Shown: piece by piece, positions 40,290 to 52,930 of the stretch
How positions within the stretch are numbered: the stretch's first letter is position 1
Layout: the number at the start of each line of letters is the position of its first letter
NCBI GenBank assembly: GCA_052327205.1
Contig: CM126235.1
Coordinates: 7,316,001-7,380,000 of the forward strand
Direction: 5' to 3'
Source of the DNA: Somniosus microcephalus
Lineage: Eukaryota
DNA length: 64,000 nt
Program-made: the position numbers and the translations under genes
The notes under the pieces: model-generated
Database searches by the model: none
What the model was told of the DNA's origin: nothing
What the model saw: the letters and a program-made list of their open reading frames with translations, nothing else

Positions 40290-40423
40290 CGACGTTCTCT
40301 ATAAGCCGCGCAGCTCTCTGTTGGCCCCACACAGCCCGGGACCGGCTTTTGCAATGTTGAAGTTCGCCCATGCGCAGTATTTTGAATGGGCTGTGCACCC
40401 AAACAAAATTACGGGGAACATGG
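40290..40423. mobile_element. hAT-type MITE copy
   Basis: Ends CGACGTTCTC / GGGAACATGG; TSD AGGCAGAC / AGGCAGAT. Confidence 0.7.
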
Positions 40424-41667
40424 AGGCAGATCCAAACGCACTGGGAGTGGGAATGCCAAGCACAGAGATACCGACATCTCCCTTGCCATTTGCAGTTCAT
40501 TAATACCAGAATCGGAAGTGATAGGGAAGAAAAAAAAAAAAGAGACCTGTGTTTGTACACCTCATCATGCCTCTACGAACATCTTACAAGCGCTTCCTAT
40601 ACAACGAATTGCTTTTTATTTTTAAATTCATTTTCGGGATGTGGCCATCACTGGCAAGGCCGGCATTTACTGCCCATCCCTAGAACCGAGTGGCTTGCTA
40701 GGCCATTTCAGAGGGCAGTTAAGAGTCAGCCACGATGGCGCGGGCCTGGAGTCACGTATAGGCCCGGACCGGCAGGTTTCCTTCCAGAATTAGCGACCCA
40801 GTTGGGTTTTTACGGCAATCCGACAGCTTCATGGTCACTTTTACTGATACCAGCTTTTAAAAAAAAAAAAAAAAAAATCTCCAGATTTTAAAGCTGAATT
40901 AAACTGCCATGGAGGGATGTGAACTCACATTCTCTGGACCTCTGAACTAATAGTGCAGTAACATCACCGCTACACTACCGTGCCCACTTTAGAGTGACAT
41001 GTAGGCAAGCACAGTAGCCAGTTTATTACAGCAAAGAAAAAACGATCAGTTAATTTGTTCTCAGTGGTGCTGGTTGAGGAAGGAATGCTTGCCGGGTTGA
41101 GAAATTCCCTGCTCTTCTTTAACTAGTGCAATGGGTTCCCCATCAGAATAGGCAGTCGGGTTTGGTGCTGGTTTAATGTCCTCACTGAAGGGCAGTGGCT
41201 TCAAGGTGAAGCATTCCCCCAGTATTGCAATGGCGTGCCAGCTTACATTCTGTGCTCAAGTCCTGGAGCGAAGCCATTACTTTCTGGCACAGCGCTCGCA
41301 CTGCAGCGTCCAGCAGATGCATTAAATTTAACAAAATATGTTAGGAGCTTAAGTCATCTCAAGAGTAAAACAGAGCAACGGGGCTGCAGTTTGCAGACCT
41401 GCTGGGTCTCTGCCTTCCATTCGAGGCCTGCCAGGCTACATAATGTTGACCAAGTTAGGACTAGACGCCATTCAGCCCACAACCTTCGGATTCGGGGGTG
41501 GTGGGGGCGGGGGGTGACTAACACTCAACTCCATCCAACAGTAATTAACGGCAGATTCCCACTTGGGATTCCATTTTGAACTCCAGCGTCGTCACTGGGA
41601 GTAATTAGCAAATCAGCACTAAAATTCTGGAAAGAATTCCACTCGCATCATGACATTTCGAAAATCA

Positions 41668-42237
41668 TCGGTTAGGCCTCAGCTGGAGTACTGTGTCCAA
41701 TTCTGGGCACCGCACTTTCGGAAGATACAGTCGGGCCTTGGGGAGGATGCGGAGGAGATTTACTAGAATGGAACCAGGGATGAAAGACTGCAGTTGTGCG
41801 GCGAGACCGGAGAAGTTGGGATTGTTCTCCTTAAGAGCAGAGAAGGTCAAGGGGAAATTTGATAGAGGTGTTCAAAATGATGAGGGGTTTTGATAGGAGT
41901 AAGTAGAGAGAAACGATTTCCATTGGCTGGGGGGGGTCGGTAACCAGAGGACACAAATTTAAAGTCATTTGGCAAAAGAACCAGAGGGGAGATGAGGAGA
42001 TTATTTTTTACTCAGCATGCTGTTGTGATCTGGAACGCACTGCCTGAAAGGGCGGTGGAAACAGATTCAGTAGCAACTTTCAAAAGGGAACTGGATAAAT
42101 ACCTGAAGGGGAGAAATTTGCAGGGCTGCGGGGAAAGAGCAGGGGGGAGTGGGACTAATCGGAGAGCTCTTTCAAAGAGCCGGCACAGGCACGATGGGCC
42201 GAATGGCCTCCTTCTGTGCTGTACGATTTTATGATTT
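41668..42237 (+). mobile_element. CR1 3' fragment
   Basis: Same family as 29060-29590; similar fragments at 31290-31640, 32835-33055 and 35485-36070. Confidence 0.82.
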
Positions 42238-42401
42238 CAATGTCATTTGATTCTCTCTACTGCTGCCACCACCAGAGACGGGCCAGTAAAGATCAGCGCT
42301 TCGTCCTTGTGTGATACACATCAAAACTCGCCCACCAGACACAGCCCAAGGACAAAAATCAAGACTTTTTTTCCACAATTCAACACAGGACAAAATTGCG
42401 C

Positions 42402-43340
42402 AGGCCCTCCATCATAAGGTCAGAAGTGGGGATGTTTGCTGATGATTGCACACTGTTCAGCACCATTCGAGACTCGTCAGATACTGACGCAGTCCGTGTC
42501 CATATGCAGCAAGACCTGGACAACATTCAGACTTGGGCTGACAAGTGGCAAGTAACATTCGCACCACACAAGTGCCAGGCAATGACCATCTCCAACAAGC
42601 GAGACTCTAACCATCTCCCCATGACATTCAATGGCATTACCATCGCAGAATCCCCCACGATCAACATCCTGGGGGTTACCATTGATCAGAAACTGAACTG
42701 GACCAGCCATATAAATACTGTGGCTACAAGAGCAGGCCAGAGGCTGGGAATTCTGCAGCGAGTGTCTCACCTCCTGACTCCCCAAAGCCTTTCCACCATC
42801 TACAAGGCACAGGTCAGGAGTGTGATGGAATACTCTCCACTTGCCTGGATGAGTGCAGCTCCAACAACACACAAGAAGCTCGACACCATCCAGGACAAAG
42901 CAGCCCGCTTGATTGGCACTCCATCCACCACCTTCAACATTCACTCCCTCCACCACCAGCGCACCGTGGCTGCAGTGTGTACCATCTACAAGATGCACTG
43001 CGGTAACTCGTCAAAGCTCCTTCAACAGCACCTTCTAAACCCGCGACCTCTACCACTCAGAAGGACAAGGGCAGCAGACGCATGGGAACATCACCACCTA
43101 CAAGTTCCCCTCCAAGCTACACATCATCCTGACTTGGACCTGTATCGCCGTTCCTTCACTGTCGCTGGGCCAAAATCCTGGAACTCCCTTCCTAACAGCA
43201 TTGTGGGTGTAACTACACCATATGGACTGCAGCGGTTCAAGAAGGCGGCTCACCACCATCTTCTCAAGGGCAATTAGGGATGGGCACTAAATGCAGGCCT
43301 AGCCAGCGACGCCCACATCCCATCAATGAATAAAAAAAAA
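42402..43340 (+). mobile_element. CR1-group LINE, second family, RT C-terminus and 3' UTR
   Basis: MFADDCTL...WADKWQVTF...ILGVTID.KLNW...YKAQVRSVMEY; tail GGGCAATTAGGGATGGGC...AATAAAAAAA. Confidence 0.88.
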
Positions 43341-43415
43341 AGGCCCGCTATTCCTCTAAAAACTGGAGGTGCCAGAAGAAAACCTAAGCTTACGAGCCGC
43401 AGACAGAGTTGCTAC

Positions 43416-43624
43416 CTGCAGGTAATCGGACTGGATGGCTGCCATCAGGTGCTCCTTGCTGAGCTCGAAGAGAATGTCGGAAGCGATGACGTTACTGAAC
43501 TCCTCACAGAGGAAATGCAGCATCTGACGATGGACCCATTTGGAGCCGTACGGTTGGGAGCTCCACTTCAGGATAGCAACTAGAGTGTCCAGCGTGACAC
43601 TCTCGACAATCAGGTCTTCACAGC
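43416..43624 (-). CDS. btbd7: BTBD7-like exon, start of BACK domain (209 nt)
   Basis: Hand translation (G)CEDLIVESVTLDTLVAILKWSSQPYGSKWVHRQMLHFLCEEFSNVIASDILFELSKEHLMAAIQSDYLQ; AG/GT ends; phase 1 to 0. Confidence 0.95.
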
Positions 43625-44165
43625 CTGCGCAGAAAGGGAAACGGAATTAGAATAAAAGAACAGCAAGAGGCTTAGTGCTAAAAAGCCAGCCTTTTGTGAT
43701 CACTCTCAAACCATATCCCCTAATCCCTTCTCTAGCCACAAACACCACCATTTGCCTCTTGAATCCATTTATGTTCATGTCAGTGACCCTCCCAGTTAAT
43801 TTATTTGACAACTCATTCCGCCTTTATTAAAGTGTTTGGCTGGCTTTATAGAATTTTACAGCGTTCACCCATCGCCCCTGTGCCAGTCTTCGAGATATCC
43901 ACTCAAGTCCCATTCCCCTGCCTCTTCCCACACATACTAGCGCTTCATTAATGCCTTCCTTTTGGTTTCTTGCTTAAATAATGACCAGCTCTTCTCTTCA
44001 CGGCCATGTTACCAGACTGATTCCTTCTCTTGCCCTTTGAGAAAGTAGTGGCGTGTGCTGGAGTTGTGTCCCACAGTGACCAATAAACCGCCAATAGCCA
44101 TTCTTCATGTACGAGCATTAAGCTATTCAACCACTTGGGGCATCACAACTGAACCAGATTCTGTC

Positions 44166-45430
44166 TGAAACACAGAAAACTAGGAGCAGGAGTCCATTCG
44201 GCCCTTCAAGCCTGTTCCGCCATTCAATATGATCATGGGTGATCCTCTATCTCCCCATACCCCTTGAAGCCTTTTGTGTCTAGAACTCTACCCACCTCCT
44301 TCTTGAATATATTCAGTGACTTGCCCTCCACAGCCTTCTGTGGTAGAGAATTCCACAGGTTCACCACCCTCTGAGTGAAGGTCCAGAACAATGGGGCAGA
44401 ACCTTAAAATTAGAGCCAGGCCGTTCAAGGGGTGATGCCAGGAAGCACTTCTTCACACAAAGGGTAGTGGAAATCTGGAACTCTTTCCCCCCCCCCCCCC
44501 CCCCCCAAAAAAAAAGCTGCCGAGGCTGGGGGTCAATTGAAAAGGTCAATACCGACTATGATAGATTTTTGTTAGGCAATGACGTTAAGGGTTACGGAAC
44601 CAAGGCGGGTAGGTGGAGTTAAGACACAGATCAGCCACGATCTCACTGAATGGCGGTACAGGCTCAGAAACATAGGAGCAGGAGTCGGCCATTCGGCCCT
44701 TCGAGCCTGCTCCGCCATTCAATATGATCATGGCTGATCCTCTATCTCAATACCATATTCCCACTCTCTCCCCATACCCCTTGATGCCTTTTGTGTCTAG
44801 AAATCTATCTATCGCCTTCTTAAATATATTCAGTGACTTGGCCTCCACAGCCTTCTGTGGTAGAGAATTCCACAGGTTCACCACCCTCTGAGTGAAGAAA
44901 TTTCTCCTCATCTCAGTCCTAAATGCCCTACCCCGTATCCTGAGACTGTGACCCCTCGTTCTAGACCCCCCAGCCAGGGGAAACATCCTCCCTGCATCCA
45001 GTCTCTCTAGCCCTGTCGGAATTTTATACGTTTCAATGAGATCCCCTCTCATTCTTCTAAACTCTAGTGAATACAGGCCTAGTCGACCCAATCTCTCCTC
45101 ATACGACAGTCCTGCCATCCCAGGAATCAGTCTGGTGAACCTTCGCTGCACTCCCTCTATGGCAAGTATATCCTTCCTTAGGTAAGGAGACCAAAACTGC
45201 ACACAGTACTCCAGGTGTGGTCTCACCAAGGCCCTGTATAACTGTAGTAAGACATCCTTGCTCCTGTACTCAAATCCTCTTGCAATGAAGGCCATTTGCC
45301 TTCCTAACTGCTTGCTGCACCTGCGTGTTTGCTTTCAGTGACTGGTGTACAAGGACACCCAGGTTCCTCTGTACATCAACATTTCCCAATCTATCACCAT
45401 TTAAATAATACTCTGCCTTTGTTTTTCCTA
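44166..45430. mobile_element. Cluster of CR1 3' fragments (-, +, -)
   Basis: ORF 44747-45295 (-) is a CR1 C-terminus; opposite-strand piece at about 44381-44665. Confidence 0.85.
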
Positions 45431-46767
45431 TCGAAGTCTGTCTGCCTGTACACACACACACTATATACCAAGGAGGATCTCAGATCACAAGATACTTATG
45501 AATGAGGAAGACCATTCGGCCCATCTTAATTCATCCAACTACTCTCCCCCTATTGTTTCTTTAATTAATTCTAGGGTTTTCGCCTCCGCGACTTGTCCTA
45601 AAGGTCCATTCCAAGTGAAGAACACCGCGCCCCCCCCCCCCCAAATAGCAATCCGAAAGTTACCTTTTTGAGCCTGTGCCCCCCCCCCCCGCACCCTCCC
45701 CCGCCATTGTTTATTTTAAAGTAGTATTCGGAATTAACCTTTTCCATACATGCCGGTTACTATTCGATATACCTCTACAGGACCAGCTCTCAGACACTGC
45801 CTTTCCAGGTTAAATAGCTCAAGTCTCTCTTGTCTTCCCTCACACCTCAAGACACTAGGGATCAATCTCATGGCTCTGCTGCTCTGCACTTGAAATGTCT
45901 CCCTTGTTTCTCAGTGGCCGGAACTGGACACAGTACTCGATCTGCATGTCTGACCAGAGCACAGTTTGATCGTAACTTCCTCTAATTTGTAACTACTGTT
46001 CTGGCAACGTAATAGAACATTCTATTGGCTTATATCGACGAGTGCAGCTCTACATCGACTGGACGAAAGTCGAGTTTCAACCGCATCCTTAGCTATTCCA
46101 ATACCATTCGTCACACTGATTGTATCTGCAAAAAGAATGCATCAAAATGTTTTTATGCTGCAGCAAACATTGCATCTACTGAATCGCTTTGCCGCAGAGG
46201 TCACCACGCTGGTTCTGAAGTAGGGCTTCCAGGTTAGTCCATTCCAAGAACAGAGTACAGGTGGAAAATGCTCAACAAGCCGATTCATTTCCTGATAACG
46301 CAAGGTTAATGGCAACCCATCGCAGAAGATACACTGGGCGACAACTTGCACCTTTAACGTGCGAGAACATCCCAAGGCCTTTCACAGCAGCGTAATCAGA
46401 CAGAAATGGACAACGAGCCGCATAAGGAGAGATTAGGGCGGGTAATTAAAAGCTTGATCAAAGAGGTAGGTTTTAAGGGGTGTCTTAAAGGGAGAGGGGG
46501 AGAATTCCAGAGTTTAGGACCTCGGCAGCTCAAGGCACAGCCGCCAATGGTGGGGTGAAGGAAATCGGGGAAGCGCAAGGGGCCAGAAGTGGAGGAACAC
46601 TGGAGTTCTCGGAGGGTTGTAGGAGGTTCGAGAGATTGGGAGAGGAGAGGCCACGGATGTTGGATACTGTCAAAGCATCCTAGTCACATCCAAGAACCGC
46701 TCATGACACAGGTTTGATAAAGATTGCAGCGGCTAATCCCAAGGCTTCAAGACACAAGAAATCACAT

Positions 46768-46798
<31 letters not shown>

Positions 46799-46799
46799 C

Positions 46800-47465
46800 A
46801 TACAGCACAGAAGGCCATTCGGCCCATCGTGCCGGCTCTTTGAAAGAGCTCTCCAATTAGTCCCCCCCACCCTTTCCCCAGAGCCCTGCAGATTTTTCAT
46901 TTTCAAGTATTTATCAATTCCCTTTTGAAAGTTATTATTAAATCTGCTTCCACCGCCCTTTCAGGCAGCACGTTGCAGATCATCACAATTCACTGGGTAA
47001 TTTTTTGCCCCCCTCCTGTCGCCACTGGTTCTATTGCCGATTATCTTCAATCCGTGCCCTCTGGTCACTGACCCTTCTGCCAATGGAAACAGTTTCTCCT
47101 TATTTACAGTATCAAAACCCTTCAAGATTTTGAACACCTTTATCAAATCTCCCCATAACCGTCTCTGCTCGAAGGAGAACAGCCCTAGCTCCGCCACATA
47201 ACTGAAGTCTTTCATTCCCGCTAGCATTCTAGTAAATTTTTTCTGCATCCTCTCGAAGGTGTTGATATCCTTCCTGAGCTGCGGTGCTCAGAAGTGGCCA
47301 CAACACACCAGCTGGGGCCTAACCAGTGTTTTGTAAAGGTTTAGCAGAACTTCCTAGTTTTTGCACTATGCCTCTATTTATAAAGCCATGGATCCCGTAC
47401 ACCTTCTTAAACAGCCTGCCTAACTTGACCTGCCACCTTCAGAGACTTGTGTCCGTACACCCCCC
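46800..47465 (-). mobile_element. CR1 3' fragment
   Basis: QKKFTRML...RRLWGDLIKVFKIL; next to a (TA)n run at 46770-46798. Confidence 0.8.
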
Positions 47466-47533
47466 CCATTATTGAGGAGATTTTCTCCTGAGCAATCCCG
47501 CCCCTTCCCAGAGCACCAACACTCGCTCCTTAC

Positions 47534-48598
47534 CTTGTGCCAGCATGTCAAACTCGATGAAGAGTGCGATATGAAACAGCTCCATGGCGTTTTCCAGTCG
47601 GGTCTCGCTGTCCTTCCCAGTTTCATCCTGCACTTCTCTTAAGCTCCCTGTCGATGGGCTGAAAGGCAGCACCAAGTCCAGGTCCACCAGGTCTGTGTAC
47701 ATGCAGTGCAAAATGACTTGTGCGTATTTCTTTGGAATGATTGCTTCGTTCAGCACGATCCTAGCTGGGGTCTGCAAGGTCCGGTCTGTGGTCTCTTCGC
47801 CAGTGCGTATCCGCTTCTGGAGGAGGTTCCGGAAGAACGGCGAGCGGGCGCACAGGATGGCCTTGTGACAGCGGAACTCCCCCTCCAGGCAGCCCCCTTC
47901 GAAGCCGTCGGAGACGTCGGGGTTGGAGGTAAAACTGAGGACTGCGTCGTAGTAGCAGCAGCTCTCCAGCAGGCCGTAGATGTCGAAGTGAAGGGCATTG
48001 GGCATCCCGAACTCCTCGCTGAGGCGGACCAGGACATCAACGTTCTTGATCTGGGAATCTCGCACGCCAAATTCTCCGCTGTACAAGTAGTGCAAAAGGG
48101 ACGAGAGTATCGGCATGTCTATGCCCACTGTGCTGATGTCCATGACTAACTCGGCGCGTTCCAGGTTAGACAAGAGGAGGCTTTTGAAGAAAGGACACCG
48201 GGCGGCCAGTATGGCGCGGTGGACGGGGAAGCACGTACCTTGGAATACCAGGTCCACGTCCGTACAGTACTTGAACTGGTAGAGCTTGGCCAGATCTTCA
48301 TTTAAGCGGCTGGCCTCTGGCCGGGCGAGGCACGCCTGAATCGCCAACTCCTTCACGGCCAGCGCGGCTTCATACTGCTTCACCAGCAGGCCCACGTCGC
48401 GCACGTCCCAGCTGCACAGGAGCTCGCGCATGTGCTTGGCATGGTCGGCTGACTTGGCCGATTTCCGGCGCCGGAACAGCTTCTTCTTCAGCAAGGCGAG
48501 GTTCGAGCTCTTCTTCTTCTCGCGCTTGTCCTGGCCGAGCCCGGAGATGCAGAACTTGCCCTCCAGCTGACACCCGAACTGAGCGTGCGAAGGAGATT
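47534..48598 (-). CDS. btbd7: BTBD7-like, large exon with two BTB/POZ domains (first recovered coding exon, begins in phase 1)
   Basis: ORF 47469-48641 encodes KKKLFRRRKSAKSADHAKHMRELL...YCTDVDLVFQGTCFPVHRAILAARCPFF...HKAILCARSPFFRNLLQKRIRTGEE...ALFIEFDMLAQ, matching BTBD7. Acceptor ttggacAG at 48600-48599; donor G|GTAAGG at 47533. Confidence 0.95.
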
Positions 48599-49736
48599 CT
48601 GTCCAAGGAGTAAATGAATCACAGGTTAGATTGGCTGCCACAAGCGTTAAGCGAATCGAGGTTTTTTTTTTTTGTTTTTTTTTTTGAGATCATGGAGTTG
48701 AGGAATGTCAGTGCTGGGGAATGGAACATTTTTTTTTAAACAATCAAAACATGTATTTAGAGCATCATATAAATAGGAGGAGGCCATTCAGCCCCTCGAG
48801 CCAGTTCCACTATTCAATGAGATCATGGCTGATCTGTATCCCAACTCCATCTCCTTTTCGAATTATGCTAGCCAAGGATATATCTACCTCCAATTTAAAA
48901 TGATTAATTGAACTAGCATCATAGAAAGGTAGAAGATAGGAGCAGGAGTAGGCCATTCGGCCCCTCGAGCCTGCTCCGCCATTCAATGAGATCATGGCTG
49001 ATCATCCAAACTCAGTACCCTGTCCCTGCTTTCTCCCCATATCCCTTGATCCCTTTAGCCTTAAGAAATATATCCAACTCCTTCTTGAATATATTTAATG
49101 AATTGGCCTCAACTGCCTTCTGTGGTAGAGAATTCCACAGGTTCACCACTCTCTGGGTGAAGAAATTCCTCCTCCTCTTCAGTCCTAAATGGCTTACCCC
49201 TTATCCTTAGACTGTGACCCCTGGTTCTGGACTCCCCTGCCATCGGGAACATCCTTCCTGCATCTAGTCTGTTCAGTACTGTCAGAATTTTATAAGTTTC
49301 AATGAGATCCCCTCTCATTCTTCTAAACTCCAGCGAGTAGAAGCCCCTGCTGTTTGTGGAAGAGTCCCACTCTTCCACCACCCTTTGCGTGAAGACTTCT
49401 CTCCTGAATGGCCTGGCTCTGATTTTACGGTTATGTCCCCTTGCCCTCGACTCCCCCACCAGCGGAAAAAGTTTCTCTCTATCAATTCCTCTCAAAGTCC
49501 TAAAAACCTCCATCAAATCACCACTTAACCTTCTGTACTCTGGGGCACAGTTTATGCAATCGCTCCTCATAATTTAACCCTGGGTGCCCTGCAAACATTC
49601 TGGGGAGTCTACGCGGCACCAAAGGAGGTCCAGTCAAATGCACCGCAAAGTGCGTTCATTTGCAAACTTGGGTGAACAGCAAAAACCGAGTCGCTGAATA
49701 AATAAAATCCGCTGCCCACCAAGATCGTGATTTCTG

Positions 49737-50400
49737 TCAGCCGTGACTCAGTGGGTGGCACTCCCGCCCGAGTCAAAAGCCCCACTCCAGAGACCTGAGC
49801 ACAAAAATCTAGGCAGTGCAGTGCTGAGGGAGTGCCGCACTGTCAGAGGTGCCGTCTTTCATGAGAGACATTAAACCGAGGCCCCCGTCTGCCCCCTCAG
49901 GTGGACGTAAAAGATCCCATGACACTTGACATGAATCAGTCATTCATGAAAGAAAGACTTATGAAATAATACTGAGCAGCCTACGGGTGGCGCTGCCCAG
50001 GGAGAGTATAAATACTCGGGCACGGGCCCAGCTTGCGCAGGACATTCTTAACAGGAACTAGTGAAGGACACAACTAGACCGCTATGTTGTAAAACAGTTG
50101 ATTAAAGCTTTGTTTAACGCTTAGGCCTAGTAGTTTTCTTGCATCAACACTATTTCAAGGAAGAGCAGGGGAGTTATCTCTGATGTTCTGGTTAATATTT
50201 ATCTCAGTTAACATCACTAACACAGATTATCTGGTCATTATCACATTGCAGTTTATGGGAGCTTGCTGTGCGCAAATTGCCTGCTGCGTTTCCTACATTA
50301 CAACAGTGACTACACTTCGAAAGTACTTCATTGGCTGTAAAGCGCTTTGGGACATCCGGAGGCCATGAAAGGCGCTGGAGAAATGCAAGTCTTTCTTTAT
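49737..50400 (+). mobile_element. Deu-SINE interrupted by a solo LTR
   Basis: SINE sequence AAAGATCCCATGACACT...ACACTATTTCAAG is continuous once the LTR is removed. Confidence 0.82.
49927..50146 (+). mobile_element. Solo LTR (220 bp) inserted in a Deu-SINE
   Basis: TG...CA ends, TATAAATA, ATTAAA; exact 5-bp TSD ACACT at 49922-49926 and 50147-50151. Confidence 0.85.
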
Positions 50401-50401
50401 T

Positions 50402-51149
50402 ATTCACCCCACCAGCCTCCACATTCAACGGATCATCCTCCGCCATTTCCACCACCTCCAGCATGATCCCACCACCAAATGCATCTTCCCCTCACCTCCC
50501 CTTTCAGCATTCTGTAGGGACCGCTCCCTCCGCGACACCCTAGTCCACTCCTCTACCACCCCCAGCACCCCTTCCCCTTCACCTGGCACCTTCCCGTGCA
50601 AGCGCAGGAGATGCAACACCTGCCCTTATACCTCCCCCCTTCCCATTGTCCAGGGCCCCAAACACCCCTTCCAGGTGAAACAGTGATTTACTTGTACTTC
50701 TTGCAATCTAGTATACTGTATTCGCTGCCCACGATGTGGTTTCCTCTACATTGGGGAGACCAAACGCAGATGGGGTGACTGCTTTGCGGAACACCTCCGT
50801 TCACTTTCATTCACCGCCCCATTCCCACTCAGACCTCACCGTTCTCGGCCTCTTGCCTTGTTCCACGGAAGCTCAGCGTGAGCTCGAGGAACAGCACCTC
50901 ATCTTTCGATTAGGCACTCTACAGCCCTCTGGACTCAACATAGAGTTCAACAATTTCAGATCATAACCTCGGCCCCATCACACATACTTCCCTTTTTTTT
51001 TTTTAAATCCACACTTTCGTCTGAGCTTTTTTTCTTCCCTCCCACATGGCAGTTGTCCTTCATTCTGCCGGGGCCATTCACACTTCATCTAGAGCCATCC
51101 TGTGTTCCTTGAATATCTCTTAATGTCTCTCACTCTCTCCTGCTTTCTA
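50402..51149 (+). mobile_element. Penelope-like element fragment (GIY-YIG region, degenerate)
   Basis: Degenerate frames read LVYCIRCPRCGFLYIGETKRRWGDCFAEHL and ELEEQHLIFRLGTLQPSGLNIEFNNFR. Confidence 0.8.
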
Positions 51150-52430
51150 TCCAATTCCAATTTCCAATTCAAATGCTTTATTGGCATGAAAGTTTACAGA
51201 GAACCATATTGCCAAAGCTTACATAGCAAAAAGGTACAGTTTTCCAACATTCTGTAGGTGTCAATCGATTTGACATTTGTTGGGTACATACAATATTACT
51301 TTTAAACAATATTACTTTTAAACAGTCTTTGTACTTCATTTGGTACGTTCAATATTAATTTTAAACAGTCTTAATTTTAAACAGTCCTCAGGTTGTGACA
51401 TGTTGTTACATATTTGGCCCCAAGGTATGGTCTGTCTCCTTCTCCTAGGACTAATCTCAATTTTGACAGGTCATCCAATTCCTTGAAATCTGGGGTTGTT
51501 TGGCTTAGCTTGTTGAATAATATGTTTCTTGATGTGTTGAATTTTTCGCATTTTAGGAGGAAATGCATCTCTGTTTCAACCTCGCCGGCCAGACATTGAT
51601 CGCATATTCTATTCTCTCTAGGCTGCCAGGATTTCTTGTATCTGCCTTTTTCAATTTCCAGTTGGTGGTCGCTTAGTCTGTACCTGGTGAGGGTCTGTCT
51701 CTGTTTTCTGTCTCTGATGGTCGTGAGGTAGTCTGCCAGTTTATATTCTCTTTTTAGGGCCCGGTAACATTCTAATCTGCTTTGGCTTTCGGTTATTTTG
51801 TTCCAATGTTCCAGGTAGGTTTCTTTGCATTTTTTAATGATTTGGTTCACTCGGATTGGTGTTTGGACGGCTGTGTTGGTCTGGGGCTGGTCAGGGTCCG
51901 GCTGAGTACTTAGTTTCAGTAGCAGCTGACTCAGGGGACTCTTTTCTGGGTTTAGCTCTTGGGTCTGAAAGGCTTTGAAATGAAGGGTGTCTGGGGAGCT
52001 AGATTTGAGGTGATTTAGGAAGTTTAGTGCTCGTTTTTGGATGTTTATTATCAGTGGGTATCTGCCTAGTTCGGCTCTGCATGCATTTGTTGGCGTTTTT
52101 CTTTGGGTGCGAAGGATGCTTCGGCAGAATTCTGCATGTAGGGCTTCTATTGTGTGTTTTTCCCATTTAGTGTAGCTTTGGTGATTTAGCGGGCCCCATA
52201 CTTCACTACCGTACAGTGCAATGGGCAGGATTATGCTGTCAAATATTTTGAGCCAGATTTTGACTGGGATTTGGATGTTGTAGAATTTTCTTTTTATTGC
52301 ATATAGGGCTCTTCGTGCTTTTTCTTTTAGTGCATTCACTGCTATGCTGAAGCTCCCTGATGCTGTAATAGTTAGACCAAGGTAGGTGTAGCTCATAGTG
52401 TGTCCTATAGTGGTATCACTGAGGGTAAAC
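51150..52430 (-). mobile_element. RTE-X-like non-LTR retrotransposon, 3' part with an open ORF, cut by an N gap
   Basis: About 350 uninterrupted codons: YTYLG, LYGSEVWG, ELGRYPL, TRYRLSDHQLEIEKGR and C-x2-C-x9-H-x4-C; AATAAA then an (ATTGGA/ATTTGA)-type tail. Confidence 0.75.
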
Positions 52431-52930
52431 NNNNNNNNNNNNNNNNNNNNNNNNNNNNNNNNNNNNNNNNNNNNNNNNNNNNNNNNNNNNNNNNNNNNNN
52501 NNNNNNNNNNNNNNNNNNNNNNNNNNNNNNNNNNNNNNNNNNNNNNNNNNNNNNNNNNNNNNNNNNNNNNNNNNNNNNNNNNNNNNNNNNNNNNNNNNNN
52601 NNNNNNNNNNNNNNNNNNNNNNNNNNNNNNNNNNNNNNNNNNNNNNNNNNNNNNNNNNNNNNNNNNNNNNNNNNNNNNNNNNNNNNNNNNNNNNNNNNNN
52701 NNNNNNNNNNNNNNNNNNNNNNNNNNNNNNNNNNNNNNNNNNNNNNNNNNNNNNNNNNNNNNNNNNNNNNNNNNNNNNNNNNNNNNNNNNNNNNNNNNNN
52801 NNNNNNNNNNNNNNNNNNNNNNNNNNNNNNNNNNNNNNNNNNNNNNNNNNNNNNNNNNNNNNNNNNNNNNNNNNNNNNNNNNNNNNNNNNNNNNNNNNNN
52901 NNNNNNNNNNNNNNNNNNNNNNNNNNNNNN
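52431..52930. other. Assembly gap (500 N); second gap at 53165-53317
   Basis: Runs of N. Confidence 0.99.

Noticed and set aside
48599-48641. MAANLTCDSFTPWT as the BTBD7-like N-terminus
   Set aside because: It starts at GTG and lies upstream of a good acceptor, so it is intronic read-through.
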